Origin: Candidatus Daviesbacteria bacterium
Lineage (GTDB): Bacteria > Patescibacteriota > Microgenomatia > Daviesbacterales > UBA10151
Assembly: GCA_016187025.1 (NCBI GenBank)
Contig: JACPKM010000002.1
Coordinates: forward strand, 1-62,956
Length of the DNA: 62,956 nt
Direction of reading: 5' to 3'
This document shows positions 48,822 through 59,186 of this stretch, one piece after another (position 1 is the stretch's first letter; each line of letters opens with the position of its first letter). Below the pieces are notes generated by a model, which saw only the letters and a program-made list of their open reading frames with translations, searched no databases and had not been told where the DNA came from. The position numbers and the translations under genes are program-made.

Positions 48822-51692
48822 ATGAGTTTTAAACAAGTCTTATCACAAATTGATTTTCCGGCTTTGGAACAAGAACTTTTAGATTACTGGTACAAAGAGG
48901 GAATAATTGAAAAATATTTAACAAAAAATAACTCATCTGATAAAAAATTCTCATTTTTAGACGGGCCGATTACTGCCAATAACCCGATGGGTGTGCATCA
49001 TGCCTGGGGTAGAACATATAAGGATCTTTGGCAGAGGTTTTTTAATATGTCAGGGTACAAACAGAGATTCCAGAATGGATTTGATGAACAGGGTCTGTGG
49101 GTAGAGGTAGAGGTTGAAAAAGAATTAGGCTTAAAAAGCAAAAAAGATATTGAAAACTTGGTTCCTGGTGATAAGCATGCCTCTTTAGAAAAATTTACCA
49201 ACCTTTGTAAGCAAAGAGTTGAGAAATTCTCAGGGATCCAAACAGAACAATCAAAAAGATTGGGTTATTTCATGGATTGGGATAATTCATATCATACCTC
49301 ATCTGATGAAAACAATTATTGGATTTGGCACTTTCTTAAAACAGTTTATAAAAAAGGCTGGGTTTATAAAGGTTATGATAGTGTGCCTTGGTGTCCGCGC
49401 TGTGGTACTGCAATTTCCCAGCATGAAATTGAAGCAGATGGATACAAGGTTTTAACACATGAGTCGGTATATGTTGAATACCCGATTGAAGGTAGACAAA
49501 ATGAGTATTTGCTAATATGGACAACCACCCCCTGGACTTTACCAGGAAACGTAGCTGCAGCGGTTGATCCTAATAAAGATTATGTTCAGGCCTCAGGTGA
49601 GGTAGCGGACAATAAATATTATCTGGGAAAACTGGCAGCAGAAAAGCTTAATTTAAAGGTTGAAGAAACTATTACTGGGAAAGAGCTGGTTGGCTTAAGC
49701 TATAAATCTCCTTTTGATCACTTACCAAGAATTAAAAAAGCCTTTGGACAGTATAAACATCAGGTTATTGCAACAGACCCACTAATTTTACCTATTTCTG
49801 ATGAGGAAGGAACAGGGATTGTCCATATAGCCCCAGGTGCAGGAACAGAGGATTTTCAACTAGGTAAAAAATTAGGTCTGCCAGTAGTTGAGTTAATAGA
49901 TGAAGAGGCAAGTTATTTACAGGATTTGGATGAGTTCTCTGGTAAAAATGCCAAAAATGATCCAAAAGTCATTTTTGATTATTTAAAGGAATTTGAAGAG
50001 GGTGAGTATTTATTTGATATTGTACCCTTTACTCACAGATATCCAACTTGTTGGAGATGCAAAACTGAGCTTGTTTGGAGAGTTGTTAATGAATGGTATA
50101 TTTCAGCAGATAAAAAAGATGACTCAGGAAAAACTTATAGAGAACAGATGAAAGATGGTATTAAAAACATTAACTGGATACCAAAATGGGGATATGAAAG
50201 GGAGCTTGATTGGTTAAATAATTTGCATGATTGGTTAATATCGAAAAAAAGATATTGGGGACTTTCCCTGCCTATTTGGGAATGCACCCATTGTGGGAGT
50301 TTTGAAGTTATAGGTGGCTATGAGGAGCTTAAAGAGAGAGCAGTTGAAGGGTGGGATGATTTCGAAGGACACTCGCCACACAGACCATGGATTGATCAGG
50401 TAAAAATAAAATGTGGCAAGTGTGGCAAGATAGTTTCTAGGATTCCAGATGTAGGAAACCCTTGGCTTGATGCAGGAATTGTACCTTTTTCAACTATGCC
50501 CAAAGAATGGTTTCCAGCAGATTTTGTAACAGAAAGTTTTCCTGGACAGTTTAAAAACTGGTTTTATTCCTTGATTGCTATGAGTACTGCTTTGACTGGT
50601 AAAAATCCTTTTAAGAACCTACTTGGGTTTGCTTCAGTTAGGGATGAAAAAGGGGAAGAAATGCATAAATCAAAAGGTAATGCCATTGAGTTTAATGAGG
50701 CAGCTTCCAAAATTGGTGCAGATGTTATGAGATGGATGTACACAATGCAAAACCCTGAGAATAATTTAAATTTTGGTTTTGGTCCGGCAGGAGAGATAAA
50801 AAGAAGGTTTTATCTAATTCTCTGGAACTCATATAAATTTTTTGTAGATTATGCAAATCTGGCAGACTGGCAACCAGAGGGTATCTCCACTCCTGAGTCA
50901 AATCTTAAAACAATAGATAAGTGGATTAGAACAAAGCTTAACAAGCTTTGTCTGGATGTTAACAAAAGTTTGGTTAAATTTGATGCCATGACGGCTTCAA
51001 GATCAATAGAAGATTTTGTAATCCGTGATATGTCAACCTGGTATATAAGAAGATCTCGGGACAGAGTTGGAACGAATGTCAACTTAGCAGATCAGAACGC
51101 TTTCTTTGAAACCCTCTATGATGTTTTGCATATTTTATCCCGTTTACTTGCTCCATTTGTTCCCTTTATTGCTGAAGAAATATATAGAAACTTAACCAAA
51201 GAGGAATCTGTTCACCTGGCAGCTTATCCGCAAGGCGATGAAGCCCTTCATGACCCTCATTTAATAGAAGATATGAAATTATTAAGAGATATAGTAGAAA
51301 TTAGTCATGCCAAGAGAAAAGAAGCAAATGTGAAGCTCAGACAACCTTTGGCCAGTTTGAGTTATTGCGGTGTTAAAAAACTTGATGCGGATTTAGAAAA
51401 AATATTAGCGGATGAAATAAATGTTAAAGCAGTTAAGCACGATAACTTATCAAAAGAGGTAATGGCTGTTGAGCTGGACATAAATATTACTCCTGAGCTT
51501 GCAGAAGAAGGTGAGGCAAGAGAGCTAATAAGACAAATTCAGCAACAGAGAAAAATGCAAAACTTAACTTTAGCTGATAAAACTAAGATTGAAGTTGCAT
51601 CTTGGCCAAAAACTTATGAGGATTATATTCTTAAATCTACAGCATCTGTTTCTATACAAGAAGGTTCAGAGCTGAAAGTAACCAAAATATAA
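48822..51692 (+). CDS. ileS: Isoleucine--tRNA ligase (IleRS2, eukaryote-like type)
   Basis: DGPITAN, HHAWGR (HIGH), WTTTPWTLP, GTGIVHIAP, DWLISKKRYWG, MHKSKGN (KMSKS); ATG at 48822. Confidence 0.96.
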   Translation: MSFKQVLSQIDFPALEQELLDYWYKEGIIEKYLTKNNSSDKKFSFLDGPITANNPMGVHHAWGRTYKDLWQRFFNMSGYKQRFQNGFDEQGLWVEVEVEKELGLKSKKDIENLVPGDKHASLEKFTNLCKQRVEKFSGIQTEQSKRLGYFMDWDNSYHTSSDENNYWIWHFLKTVYKKGWVYKGYDSVPWCPRCGTAISQHEIEADGYKVLTHESVYVEYPIEGRQNEYLLIWTTTPWTLPGNVAAAVDPNKDYVQASGEVADNKYYLGKLAAEKLNLKVEETITGKELVGLSYKSPFDHLPRIKKAFGQYKHQVIATDPLILPISDEEGTGIVHIAPGAGTEDFQLGKKLGLPVVELIDEEASYLQDLDEFSGKNAKNDPKVIFDYLKEFEEGEYLFDIVPFTHRYPTCWRCKTELVWRVVNEWYISADKKDDSGKTYREQMKDGIKNINWIPKWGYERELDWLNNLHDWLISKKRYWGLSLPIWECTHCGSFEVIGGYEELKERAVEGWDDFEGHSPHRPWIDQVKIKCGKCGKIVSRIPDVGNPWLDAGIVPFSTMPKEWFPADFVTESFPGQFKNWFYSLIAMSTALTGKNPFKNLLGFASVRDEKGEEMHKSKGNAIEFNEAASKIGADVMRWMYTMQNPENNLNFGFGPAGEIKRRFYLILWNSYKFFVDYANLADWQPEGISTPESNLKTIDKWIRTKLNKLCLDVNKSLVKFDAMTASRSIEDFVIRDMSTWYIRRSRDRVGTNVNLADQNAFFETLYDVLHILSRLLAPFVPFIAEEIYRNLTKEESVHLAAYPQGDEALHDPHLIEDMKLLRDIVEISHAKRKEANVKLRQPLASLSYCGVKKLDADLEKILADEINVKAVKHDNLSKEVMAVELDINITPELAEEGEARELIRQIQQQRKMQNLTLADKTKIEVASWPKTYEDYILKSTASVSIQEGSELKVTKI

Positions 51693-52784
51693 ATGGGGTT
51701 TCTATCTTTGCTGTATAATCCATTAACTTTAGGAAGTGCCTTACTTCTTTCTATTAGTATTTTGATCATTTACTCTTCATCTGTGAACTTGGCTTTTCAG
51801 CAAGCATCTTTTGTTTTTTTTGGTTTTATTATTTATTTTCTAGTTTCTAAGCTTGACTATAGAATACTAAAAAACTTTTCAATCTATGCATACATTTTTA
51901 CAATTTTGCTTCTTTTAATAGTTTTAGCATTAGGGATTGAAACCAGAGGTTCAGTTAGATGGATCCCGCTGGGTTTTTTTAATATTCAACCATCAGAACT
52001 GGCAAAGCCAGTGTTGATATTAATGCTTGCTAACTTTTGGTCAAAGAGTTTACCCAGCTGGAGAAATATAGGTATTAGCTTACTGATTGCTTTGCCTGTT
52101 GTTTTTCTAGTTTTTGAGCAGCCAGATTTAGGATCAGCACTAACCATATTTGCAATCTGGGTTGGAATGCTAATTCCGGTAAAAATTTCTTTTAAAAAAC
52201 TGCTTGTTTTACTAGTGATTTTGATTCTAATGGCTCCTGTTGGATGGTTTAGTCTAGAAGATTATCAAAAACAAAGGATTTTTAGTTTCCTATCACCATA
52301 TGAGGATCCTTTGGGGATTGGATACAATATTATCCAGTCAACCATTGCAGTAGGATCAGGGCAGTTTTTGGGAAGGGGATTGGGACATGGTACTCAGTCT
52401 AGATTGCAATTTCTCCCAGAATCAAGGACAGATTTTATTTTTGCTTTTATAGCTGAGGAGTTGGGATTTATGGGGGCTATGATTATAATCGGCCTGCACG
52501 TTTTTCTAATATATTACTTGTTTAAAATAGCAGATCAAGCACGGGATAAATTTGGCTACTTAATTATCTTTGGAATAGTGTCTATGTTGTTTTTCCAATC
52601 ATTTGTAAATGTGGGAATGAATATCGGAATTTTGCCTATTACTGGTATTACCCTACCCCTGGTTTCCTATGGTGGAAGCTCACTTTTGGCAACTTTACTA
52701 AGTTTAGGGTTGGTTTTGTCTATAGCAAGATATAGGAAAAAAATCGATTCTGAGAGTATTAGAGTTGACATTAGTCCGTCTTAA
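51693..52784 (+). CDS. rodA: SEDS protein RodA
   Basis: GSVRWI, IQPSE, QPDLGSA, PESRTDFIF, GITLPLVSYGGS. Confidence 0.88.
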   Translation: MGFLSLLYNPLTLGSALLLSISILIIYSSSVNLAFQQASFVFFGFIIYFLVSKLDYRILKNFSIYAYIFTILLLLIVLALGIETRGSVRWIPLGFFNIQPSELAKPVLILMLANFWSKSLPSWRNIGISLLIALPVVFLVFEQPDLGSALTIFAIWVGMLIPVKISFKKLLVLLVILILMAPVGWFSLEDYQKQRIFSFLSPYEDPLGIGYNIIQSTIAVGSGQFLGRGLGHGTQSRLQFLPESRTDFIFAFIAEELGFMGAMIIIGLHVFLIYYLFKIADQARDKFGYLIIFGIVSMLFFQSFVNVGMNIGILPITGITLPLVSYGGSSLLATLLSLGLVLSIARYRKKIDSESIRVDISPS

Positions 52785-52793
52785 GGTTAGAAT
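52765..52793 (+). promoter_or_regulatory. Sigma70 promoter for rplU (leaderless)
   Basis: TTGACA-N17-TAGAAT, 7 nt before ATG 52801; the -35 lies inside the rodA 3' end. Confidence 0.85.
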
Positions 52794-52800
52794 TTTCAAC

Positions 52801-53121
52801 ATGTTAAATTTTGCGGTTTGTGAAATCAATAAAAAACAATATCTAATTTATCCAGGAAAGAAATTTTCTGTAGACTTTCTAGGAGAAGGAGTTAAAAGTC
52901 TGGAGGCATCTGTATTGCTGTTATCTGAGGATGGAAACATAAAAATCGGAAAGCCCTACCTGGATAAAAAAATTACCTTGGAATGTTTAGGGGATAAAAG
53001 GGGCGAAAAAATTAGGGTTGCCAAATTCCATGCTAAAGCAAATTATAGAAAAGTAACCGGATCACGGGCAAAATTAACAGAGGTTGTTCTAAAAGCTGAA
53101 TCAAAAAAGGATAAAAAGTAA
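52801..53121 (+). CDS. rplU: 50S ribosomal protein L21
   Basis: FAVCEINKKQY...GEKIRVAKFHAKANYRKVTG; ATG at 52801. Confidence 0.93.
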   Translation: MLNFAVCEINKKQYLIYPGKKFSVDFLGEGVKSLEASVLLLSEDGNIKIGKPYLDKKITLECLGDKRGEKIRVAKFHAKANYRKVTGSRAKLTEVVLKAESKKDKK

Positions 53122-53126
53122 TCTTT

Positions 53127-53173
53127 TGCGTGAAAAAGATATAGTTGATTTAATTTTTCACGCAGTATAAGAT
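53127..53173 (+). promoter_or_regulatory. rpmA-parB promoter overlapped by an 11-bp inverted repeat
   Basis: TTGATT(53145)-N17-TAAGAT(53168); TGCGTGAAAAA-N16-TTTTTCACGCA. Confidence 0.5.
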
Positions 53174-53191
53174 TAAAACGAAAATAAAAAC

Positions 53192-53437
53192 ATGGCACAT
53201 AAAAAGGGTGGTTCAACAACTAAGAAAAATAGAGACTCGATTTCAAAGCGCTTAGGCGTTAAAAAATATGGTGGAGAAAAAGTGATTTCTGGAAATATTA
53301 TTGTCAGGCAAAAGGGAAACAAATTCTATCCGGGTGAAGGTACAAGACAGGGAAACGATTATACAATCTTTGCAGTCACCTCAGGGAAAGTTTTTTTCAA
53401 AAAGAAATTGAGTAAGACGATTATCCAGGTGTCTTAA
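53192..53437 (+). CDS. rpmA: 50S ribosomal protein L27
   Basis: MAHKKGG...[11 protein letters not shown]...GNIIVRQKG. Confidence 0.96.
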   Translation: MAHKKGGSTTKKNRDSISKRLGVKKYGGEKVISGNIIVRQKGNKFYPGEGTRQGNDYTIFAVTSGKVFFKKKLSKTIIQVS

Positions 53438-53447
53438 GGAATTTATA

Positions 53448-54302
53448 ATGGAAGAAGTAATTAACGAGCTAGAGCTAGATTTATTACAACCAAACCCCCT
53501 TCAACCCCGTGGACTAATTACTCCTGAATCTTTATCAGAGCTTGCTGAATCAATTAGAGCTCATGGAATTTTAGAACCTTTGGTAATTGCCAAAACTCCT
53601 GCAGGATTTCAGATTATTGCTGGTGAAAGAAGGTGGAGAGCAGCCAGGCTCATTGGTCTTGTCAGAGTACCAGTTATTATCAGAGAAACCACTCCTCAGG
53701 GAATGTTGGAGATGGCGATTGTGGAAAACGTTCAGAGGATTGACTTAAATCCACTGGAGAGAGCACAGGCTTATAAGAGGTTGATGGAAGAGTTTGGTTT
53801 AACCAATGCTGAAATTGCTGAGCGGGTTTCAAAAAGTCCTTCTTATATATCAAATACCATTAGATTACTAACCTTACCTGATGCTCTAAAAGACGCTTTG
53901 ATGGCTGGTGCAACAAGTGAGGGTCATGCACGAGCTTTGGCAGCATTGGAGGACCCACATCTGATAATTAATGCCTATAAGGAAGTATTAAAAAGAAATC
54001 TGTCTGTAAGGGGTACAGAGGAGCTTGTTAGAAGAATGCGGGCCAAAGAAGGAATTGGGCCGAAGAGAAGCTCTGTTGTCTCTCAAATGCACATTGTTTC
54101 CGATGAGTTGGATAGGGTCCAAAATGATTTAAGTAATGTATTTTCCGCCCGGGTAGAAAAAGCTAGTGTCAAATGTGTTCAAACAGGTAAGAAAATGAAA
54201 CTGGAGTTTTTAATAGAAGGTGATCCAGGTAAAACTTCACCACTTCTTGGAGATATCCATCAAGCAATTGTAGGTTATTTTAATCTGAAGGGCGATGTTT
54301 AA
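53448..54302 (+). CDS. parB: ParB/Spo0J CTPase
   Basis: PNPLQPR, GILEPL, IIAGERRWRAA, ENVQRIDLNP, HTH, GHARAL. Confidence 0.95.
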   Translation: MEEVINELELDLLQPNPLQPRGLITPESLSELAESIRAHGILEPLVIAKTPAGFQIIAGERRWRAARLIGLVRVPVIIRETTPQGMLEMAIVENVQRIDLNPLERAQAYKRLMEEFGLTNAEIAERVSKSPSYISNTIRLLTLPDALKDALMAGATSEGHARALAALEDPHLIINAYKEVLKRNLSVRGTEELVRRMRAKEGIGPKRSSVVSQMHIVSDELDRVQNDLSNVFSARVEKASVKCVQTGKKMKLEFLIEGDPGKTSPLLGDIHQAIVGYFNLKGDV

Positions 54303-54942
54303 TTAGCCCAAAAGATTGAGGTGGCCAGTATCTAAATAGAACTTTTCCGATAATCTCTTGCTTAGTAACTCCACCCCATTCCCTTGAATCAGATGAATGC
54401 GGTCTATTATCCCCAATCACCATATAGTGGTTTTCGGGTATTTTGATTAAATCATCCTCACCTAAAAAGTTGCCTGAGGGTGTTGTGGTTCTGTTAGGTA
54501 AATAATCTTCTTCAAGAACTTTTCCGTTAATTAAGACTTTATCATTTGCAATTTTAATTGTTTCACCTGGTAATCCAATAATGCGTTTTATAAAATCCTG
54601 GGATTCATCACGCGGATTTTTTAAAACTATTACATCTCCTCTTTGTGGCTGGTTAAATCTATAAGTAAGCTTGTCAGTTAAAATGTAATCTCCGTTGTTG
54701 AAGGTAGGAAACATTGATAGGCCGGATACTTTATGGGGTTGTGCAACAAACAAATAAATAAGGGCAAAAATTGCTCCAAATACTACAACAGTTTGTATAA
54801 AATCTGCTAGATGTGAACCTAAGCTTCTCAAAAACCCATTGTTTGATCCTTCGGGCTTGTTTTGTGGGCTATAGCTTGATAAAGGATCTGATTCATCCTG
54901 TGGGGTAAAAGCTTTTGCTTGGGGGATTTTAGTTGGATCCAT
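54280..54942 (-). CDS. lepB: Signal peptidase I
   Basis: VSGLSMFPT (Ser), FIKRIIG (Lys), GDNRPHSSDSR. Confidence 0.96.
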   Translation of the reverse strand: MDPTKIPQAKAFTPQDESDPLSSYSPQNKPEGSNNGFLRSLGSHLADFIQTVVVFGAIFALIYLFVAQPHKVSGLSMFPTFNNGDYILTDKLTYRFNQPQRGDVIVLKNPRDESQDFIKRIIGLPGETIKIANDKVLINGKVLEEDYLPNRTTTPSGNFLGEDDLIKIPENHYMVIGDNRPHSSDSREWGGVTKQEIIGKVLFRYWPPQSFGLIKHRPSD

Positions 54943-55011
54943 AACGGTTATTATCTCAGAAAATAAAGTTGAGATGCAATATCTGTAGTGATATTATAGT
55001 TAAGTTTACTT

Positions 55012-55085
55012 GGTTGTGTAGCTCAGTTGGTTAGAGCGCTTCATTCACATTGAAGAGGTCTCTGGTTCGAGTCCAGACACGACCA
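55012..55085 (+). tRNA. tRNA-Val(CAC)
   Basis: Cloverleaf: acceptor GGTTGTG/CACGACC, D-stem GCTC/GAGC, anticodon arm CTTCA-TTCACAT-TGAAG, T-loop TTCGAGT; discriminator A; CCA not encoded. Confidence 0.95.
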
Positions 55086-55093
55086 CATTTAAC

Positions 55094-55102
55094 TGCTACA
55101 AT
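55094..55102 (+). promoter_or_regulatory. Extended -10 promoter (leaderless) for the second glycan module
   Basis: TGCTACAAT, 6 nt before ATG 55109. Confidence 0.6.
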
Positions 55103-55108
55103 TGATTT

Positions 55109-56335
55109 ATGGATTTTGTACTAAAGCAAGCCTCTTGGCTCTTTACTGCCCAGGTCATTGCCCGAATAATTAGTTTTTTTTATGTAATTTTTCTTGCAAG
55201 AGCTTTAGAGGTTTCTGATTATGGTTTGTATACAATAGCCCTTGCTTATTTTTCCCTAGTTTCATCTATTGCTGATTTTGGTTTTAGTAGGTTTTTAACA
55301 AGGGAAGTAACAAGACAAAAAGAACAAACCGCTGAACTATTATTTAGCGTATCAATCCTCAGGTTAACAATAACCTCGTTCATTTTTGCCCTGTTTGCAG
55401 TTTTTCTTTATATGGTTGATCCAGACAAGCTGCGCACTGCACTAATTTTGCTTGCAATTATAGCAGTGATTCCTCAGGTGCTAGGACAAACCTTTGATGC
55501 GATATTTATTGCCATGCAAAAACTGCAGTTTTCAGCAATTGCTTTGTTTTGTGCAAATTTAACCACTGTGTTGACCGGAGTTTATTTGGTGCTTAATGGA
55601 TATGGAGTGTTTGGAGCAATTAATGCCTTGATTTTTGGCCAGACATTATTTTTTATTAGTGCACTAATATTTCTTTTGAAAAAAGATCCTCATGCAATTT
55701 TTTCCCAAGTTAGGTTAAACACCCTTAAAAGAATTTCCCAAGGGTCTTTACCATATGGGTTACTGGCTATTTTAGGGCTTTTGTATTTTAAAGTTGATGT
55801 TTTAATGCTTACTTACATGAAAGGAAGTTATGAAACAGGTATTTATGGGGCTGCTTTTAAATTCTTAGAAGCAATTGTTTTTATTCCAAGCAGTTTAGCA
55901 GTTGCCCTTTTTCCCATTATGGTCAAACTTCATGATTTAGATAAAAGTAAAATTAAACATCTATATTTTAAAAGTTTTAAATTAATGCTTTTAGCAGGTC
56001 TATTTTTTATGTTGGTATTTTATTTTGTGTTACCTAAGTTTGTTAAAATATATTTACCTAATTACTTGGCATCAATTTCAGTGCTTAAGGTTTTGGCATT
56101 TGTGATACCTTTTATGTTTGTTCATGTTCCAGGAGCACAGATCTTGCTTGCAACAGACAAATATTTAAAACAGATAATTTATTTTTCACTTATAACTTTA
56201 GGTTTTAATATCATTGCAAATTTTATTTTTATTCCTAAATATGGTGCTGTTGCAGCTGCTTGGACATCAGTTGCATCTGAGATTTTATCTTTTATTATTT
56301 TCTTTCATTTTGTGAGGGTTAAATTTCTTAAATGA
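55109..56335 (+). CDS. wzx: Second Wzx-type flippase
   Basis: ARALEVSDYG, ADFG...TRE, ETGIYGAAFK, PKYGAVAAA. Confidence 0.85.
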   Translation: MDFVLKQASWLFTAQVIARIISFFYVIFLARALEVSDYGLYTIALAYFSLVSSIADFGFSRFLTREVTRQKEQTAELLFSVSILRLTITSFIFALFAVFLYMVDPDKLRTALILLAIIAVIPQVLGQTFDAIFIAMQKLQFSAIALFCANLTTVLTGVYLVLNGYGVFGAINALIFGQTLFFISALIFLLKKDPHAIFSQVRLNTLKRISQGSLPYGLLAILGLLYFKVDVLMLTYMKGSYETGIYGAAFKFLEAIVFIPSSLAVALFPIMVKLHDLDKSKIKHLYFKSFKLMLLAGLFFMLVFYFVLPKFVKIYLPNYLASISVLKVLAFVIPFMFVHVPGAQILLATDKYLKQIIYFSLITLGFNIIANFIFIPKYGAVAAAWTSVASEILSFIIFFHFVRVKFLK

Positions 56336-57012
56336 AAACAGTTTACCAAAAGTTAGTTGAAATACATGGTTTTTCTAATGCCCAAAGAAAGATATTGGGT
56401 TTGGTCAAAGGTGGGGAAGTGCTGGAAGTTGGTTCATCGTCAGGGTATATGACCAGAGAGTTTATCAAAAAAGGCAATGTTGTTGATGTAATAGAAGTAG
56501 ATAAAAATGCTATTAGTAGTTTAGTAGGGTTAGCAAGAAAGGTTGTCGTTGGTTCAGTAGAGGATAGAAATGTTCAGAAAAAGATTAACACAAAATATGA
56601 TTTTATTATTTGTGCAGATGTTTTAGAGCATTTAGTTTACCCTGAAAAGGTTTTAATCTTTTTAAGAAATAAACTTAAAAGAGAAGGAAGAATTTTAATT
56701 TCAGTACCAAATATTGCTTGTTGGAATATGAGAGTTGATTTACTAAGAGGAAAATTTGATTATCAAGAAAGTGGTCTTTTAGACAAATCTCATTTAAGAT
56801 TTTATACTTATAATAGTTTTCTTAGGATGTTAAAGAATTGTAAGGTAAAAGTAGAAAATATTTATCCGTCTGAAATGAAAATACCATTTGAATATAGTTT
56901 ACTAAAGCTGCCAATTTTAGGAAATGTTCTCGTTAATACATTAAAACCAATTCTTGTTAAGTTGTTCCCTAATCTAATTATTTATCATTATGTTGTCCAG
57001 GCAAGAGTATAG
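56332..57012 (+). CDS. Class I SAM-dependent methyltransferase
   Basis: VLEVGSSSG, ADVLEHL, GLLDKSHLRFYT. Confidence 0.88.
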   Translation: MKTVYQKLVEIHGFSNAQRKILGLVKGGEVLEVGSSSGYMTREFIKKGNVVDVIEVDKNAISSLVGLARKVVVGSVEDRNVQKKINTKYDFIICADVLEHLVYPEKVLIFLRNKLKREGRILISVPNIACWNMRVDLLRGKFDYQESGLLDKSHLRFYTYNSFLRMLKNCKVKVENIYPSEMKIPFEYSLLKLPILGNVLVNTLKPILVKLFPNLIIYHYVVQARV

Positions 57013-57994
57013 ATACATAGTTTCAGTCATAATTCCAAATTGGAACGGAGAGCATCTTTTAAAACTATGCCTTCCTTCCTTAAAAAAGCAAACATTTAAA
57101 GATTTTGAGATTATTGTTGTTGATAATGGTTCAGGGGATGGTTCAATTGACTATATAAAAAAATATCATCAAAAAGTAGTAGTTTTGCCGCTTGATAAAA
57201 ACTACGGTTTTGCAGCTGCTGTTAATGCTGGTATTAAAAAAGGGAAAGGAAGATTCTTAGTACTTTTAAACAATGATACTGAGGTAGATAAAGATTATTT
57301 ATTCTTTTTAGTAAAATCTGCCGAAGAACAAAAGCAGGCTGGATTTATTGCGCCTAAAATGCTCAACTTTTATAAAAGAGATTTAATTGATTCAGCAGGA
57401 GATACTATTGATGTTGTGGGTCATCCATACAATATTGGAATGCATCAAAAAGACGGAGATAAATTTAGTAAACCCAGAGAAGTTTTCATGGTTACTGCTG
57501 GAGGAGGACTATTTAAAAAAGAGGTTTTTGACAAAGTGGGTTTGTTTGATGAGGATTACTTTACTTATATGGAAGATGTGGATTTGTGTTTAAGAGCTCA
57601 GTTACAAGGTTTCCGGGGTTGGTATGAGCCACGCTCTATTGCATATCATATACACAAGGCAACATCAAATAGAATAAAACCCTTAATGGAGTATTGGCAA
57701 TTCCGAAATATGACTCAAAATATTATCAAAAATTATCCAGCAGCTTTATTTAAAAAAAATCTTAACTGGCTAAAAATTATTTTAGTAAATCTAAATACTG
57801 TTAGATTCTTGGCGATTCATGGTTACTTGTGGCAAGGCCTAAAAGCAGAAATCTATATTTTATTAAACCTTCCAAAGCTTTTGAAAAAGAGGTCTGAAAT
57901 ACAGAGTAAAAAAACAGTTGCTGATGATTATTTTATCAGTAATTTTATTGAAAAAAGAATTACTTTTTTTGGTTTGTTAAAAAAGGGTATTTAG
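56990..57994 (+). CDS. Glycosyltransferase family 2
   Basis: IPNWNG, DNGSGDGS, LNNDT, YMEDVDLC. Confidence 0.9.
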   Translation: MLSRQEYRYIVSVIIPNWNGEHLLKLCLPSLKKQTFKDFEIIVVDNGSGDGSIDYIKKYHQKVVVLPLDKNYGFAAAVNAGIKKGKGRFLVLLNNDTEVDKDYLFFLVKSAEEQKQAGFIAPKMLNFYKRDLIDSAGDTIDVVGHPYNIGMHQKDGDKFSKPREVFMVTAGGGLFKKEVFDKVGLFDEDYFTYMEDVDLCLRAQLQGFRGWYEPRSIAYHIHKATSNRIKPLMEYWQFRNMTQNIIKNYPAALFKKNLNWLKIILVNLNTVRFLAIHGYLWQGLKAEIYILLNLPKLLKKRSEIQSKKTVADDYFISNFIEKRITFFGLLKKGI

Positions 57995-59186
57995 TAGGAA
58001 TAAGCATTATCCAAATAAGGATAAATGGGTAAAAAAGAGAGTTGTTAAAAATGCTGTGTGCCAGCAAACCTACCAAGCCAGAAATTAACACCACCCCAGT
58101 TACGTCTTTACTAATATTAAAAATCTTCCAACCTGTATAAATTAAACTAGATAAAAGTAAAAGATAAAAGATTAATCCGACTAATCCGGTGGTTGCTAAA
58201 ATATGCAAAAGGCTAAAGTCGTTTGATGTTGATCCTCTGCTATTTAAGAATTGTTTATCAGCAATTTTATAATCCCTGAGGGCATATTTATAAGCATTAA
58301 AACCTACTCCTAAAATAGGAGATTTTTGCCAGATGGTATAACCTTGTTGCCAAGTTGTTAATCTAAAACTTGCAGAAGCCGAGCGATCAATACCTCTGGG
58401 TTTTGATACAAGCTGAGTATAACCCCAAAATGAAACAAACAGTAATACGAATAATGTTATTGAAAGAACTGCCAAGCGCATAGATTTTAAAAAAGCTGAA
58501 AAAGTAGTTGTAGAAAATAGAAACATTAAATAACTGCTTCTAGAAAATGTCAATGTAAGTGCCAAATAAAGTAAGATAAATACTGCTATTTTGTAATTTT
58601 TTCTAAACTTTAGCATATTCCATAAACCCATCAGTAAAACTATAGTTAAAACCAAAAAGCCTCCGGTAAAATTTGGATCAATAAATGAAGAAGCCAGTCT
58701 GAAAAAATGAGGATCCCATCCTCTGCTTTCCAAAAATCCTAGATCCGGAAATAAAACTAGCTGTACAAGTCCTAGTAATGCTATCGTAATCCCTGACATC
58801 AACAAAAAGATATGAGTTTTTTCAAAGATGGTGTTTTTGTAAGAGTATACAAACCAACCAAAGTAAAAAATTACAAATATTCTAAAAATATATAGAAAAC
58901 TATTAAGGGTTTCTTGAAAAGACAAATTCAGAGGAGTAAAAATCAGTGAAATTGTTGCTACCCCCAAAAAAGCAAAACCCACTTTTATAAATATAGGAAT
59001 ATTTTTAATAAGACTTTTATAATAAAAAGCAGAAAAAACAGTATAAGCAGATAGTGTTAAATCCAGTAAAGTAACACCACCCAGCCCTAAGGGCATTTTT
59101 ATTATTTGGCCAAAAACCAAAGATAAAAAAATGGCATAAAGACTAAAATTATTTACAACTAATTTGAGTTGAGTAAGACTAATCAT
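57960..59186 (-). CDS. O-antigen ligase/polymerase family (Wzy_C) membrane protein
   Basis: RLASSFIDPN, LTFSRS, FRL..W, PILGVG, GLVG, HSIFNN. Confidence 0.82.
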   Translation of the reverse strand: MISLTQLKLVVNNFSLYAIFLSLVFGQIIKMPLGLGGVTLLDLTLSAYTVFSAFYYKSLIKNIPIFIKVGFAFLGVATISLIFTPLNLSFQETLNSFLYIFRIFVIFYFGWFVYSYKNTIFEKTHIFLLMSGITIALLGLVQLVLFPDLGFLESRGWDPHFFRLASSFIDPNFTGGFLVLTIVLLMGLWNMLKFRKNYKIAVFILLYLALTLTFSRSSYLMFLFSTTTFSAFLKSMRLAVLSITLFVLLFVSFWGYTQLVSKPRGIDRSASASFRLTTWQQGYTIWQKSPILGVGFNAYKYALRDYKIADKQFLNSRGSTSNDFSLLHILATTGLVGLIFYLLLLSSLIYTGWKIFNISKDVTGVVLISGLVGLLAHSIFNNSLFYPFILIWIMLIPTKYPFLTNQKK

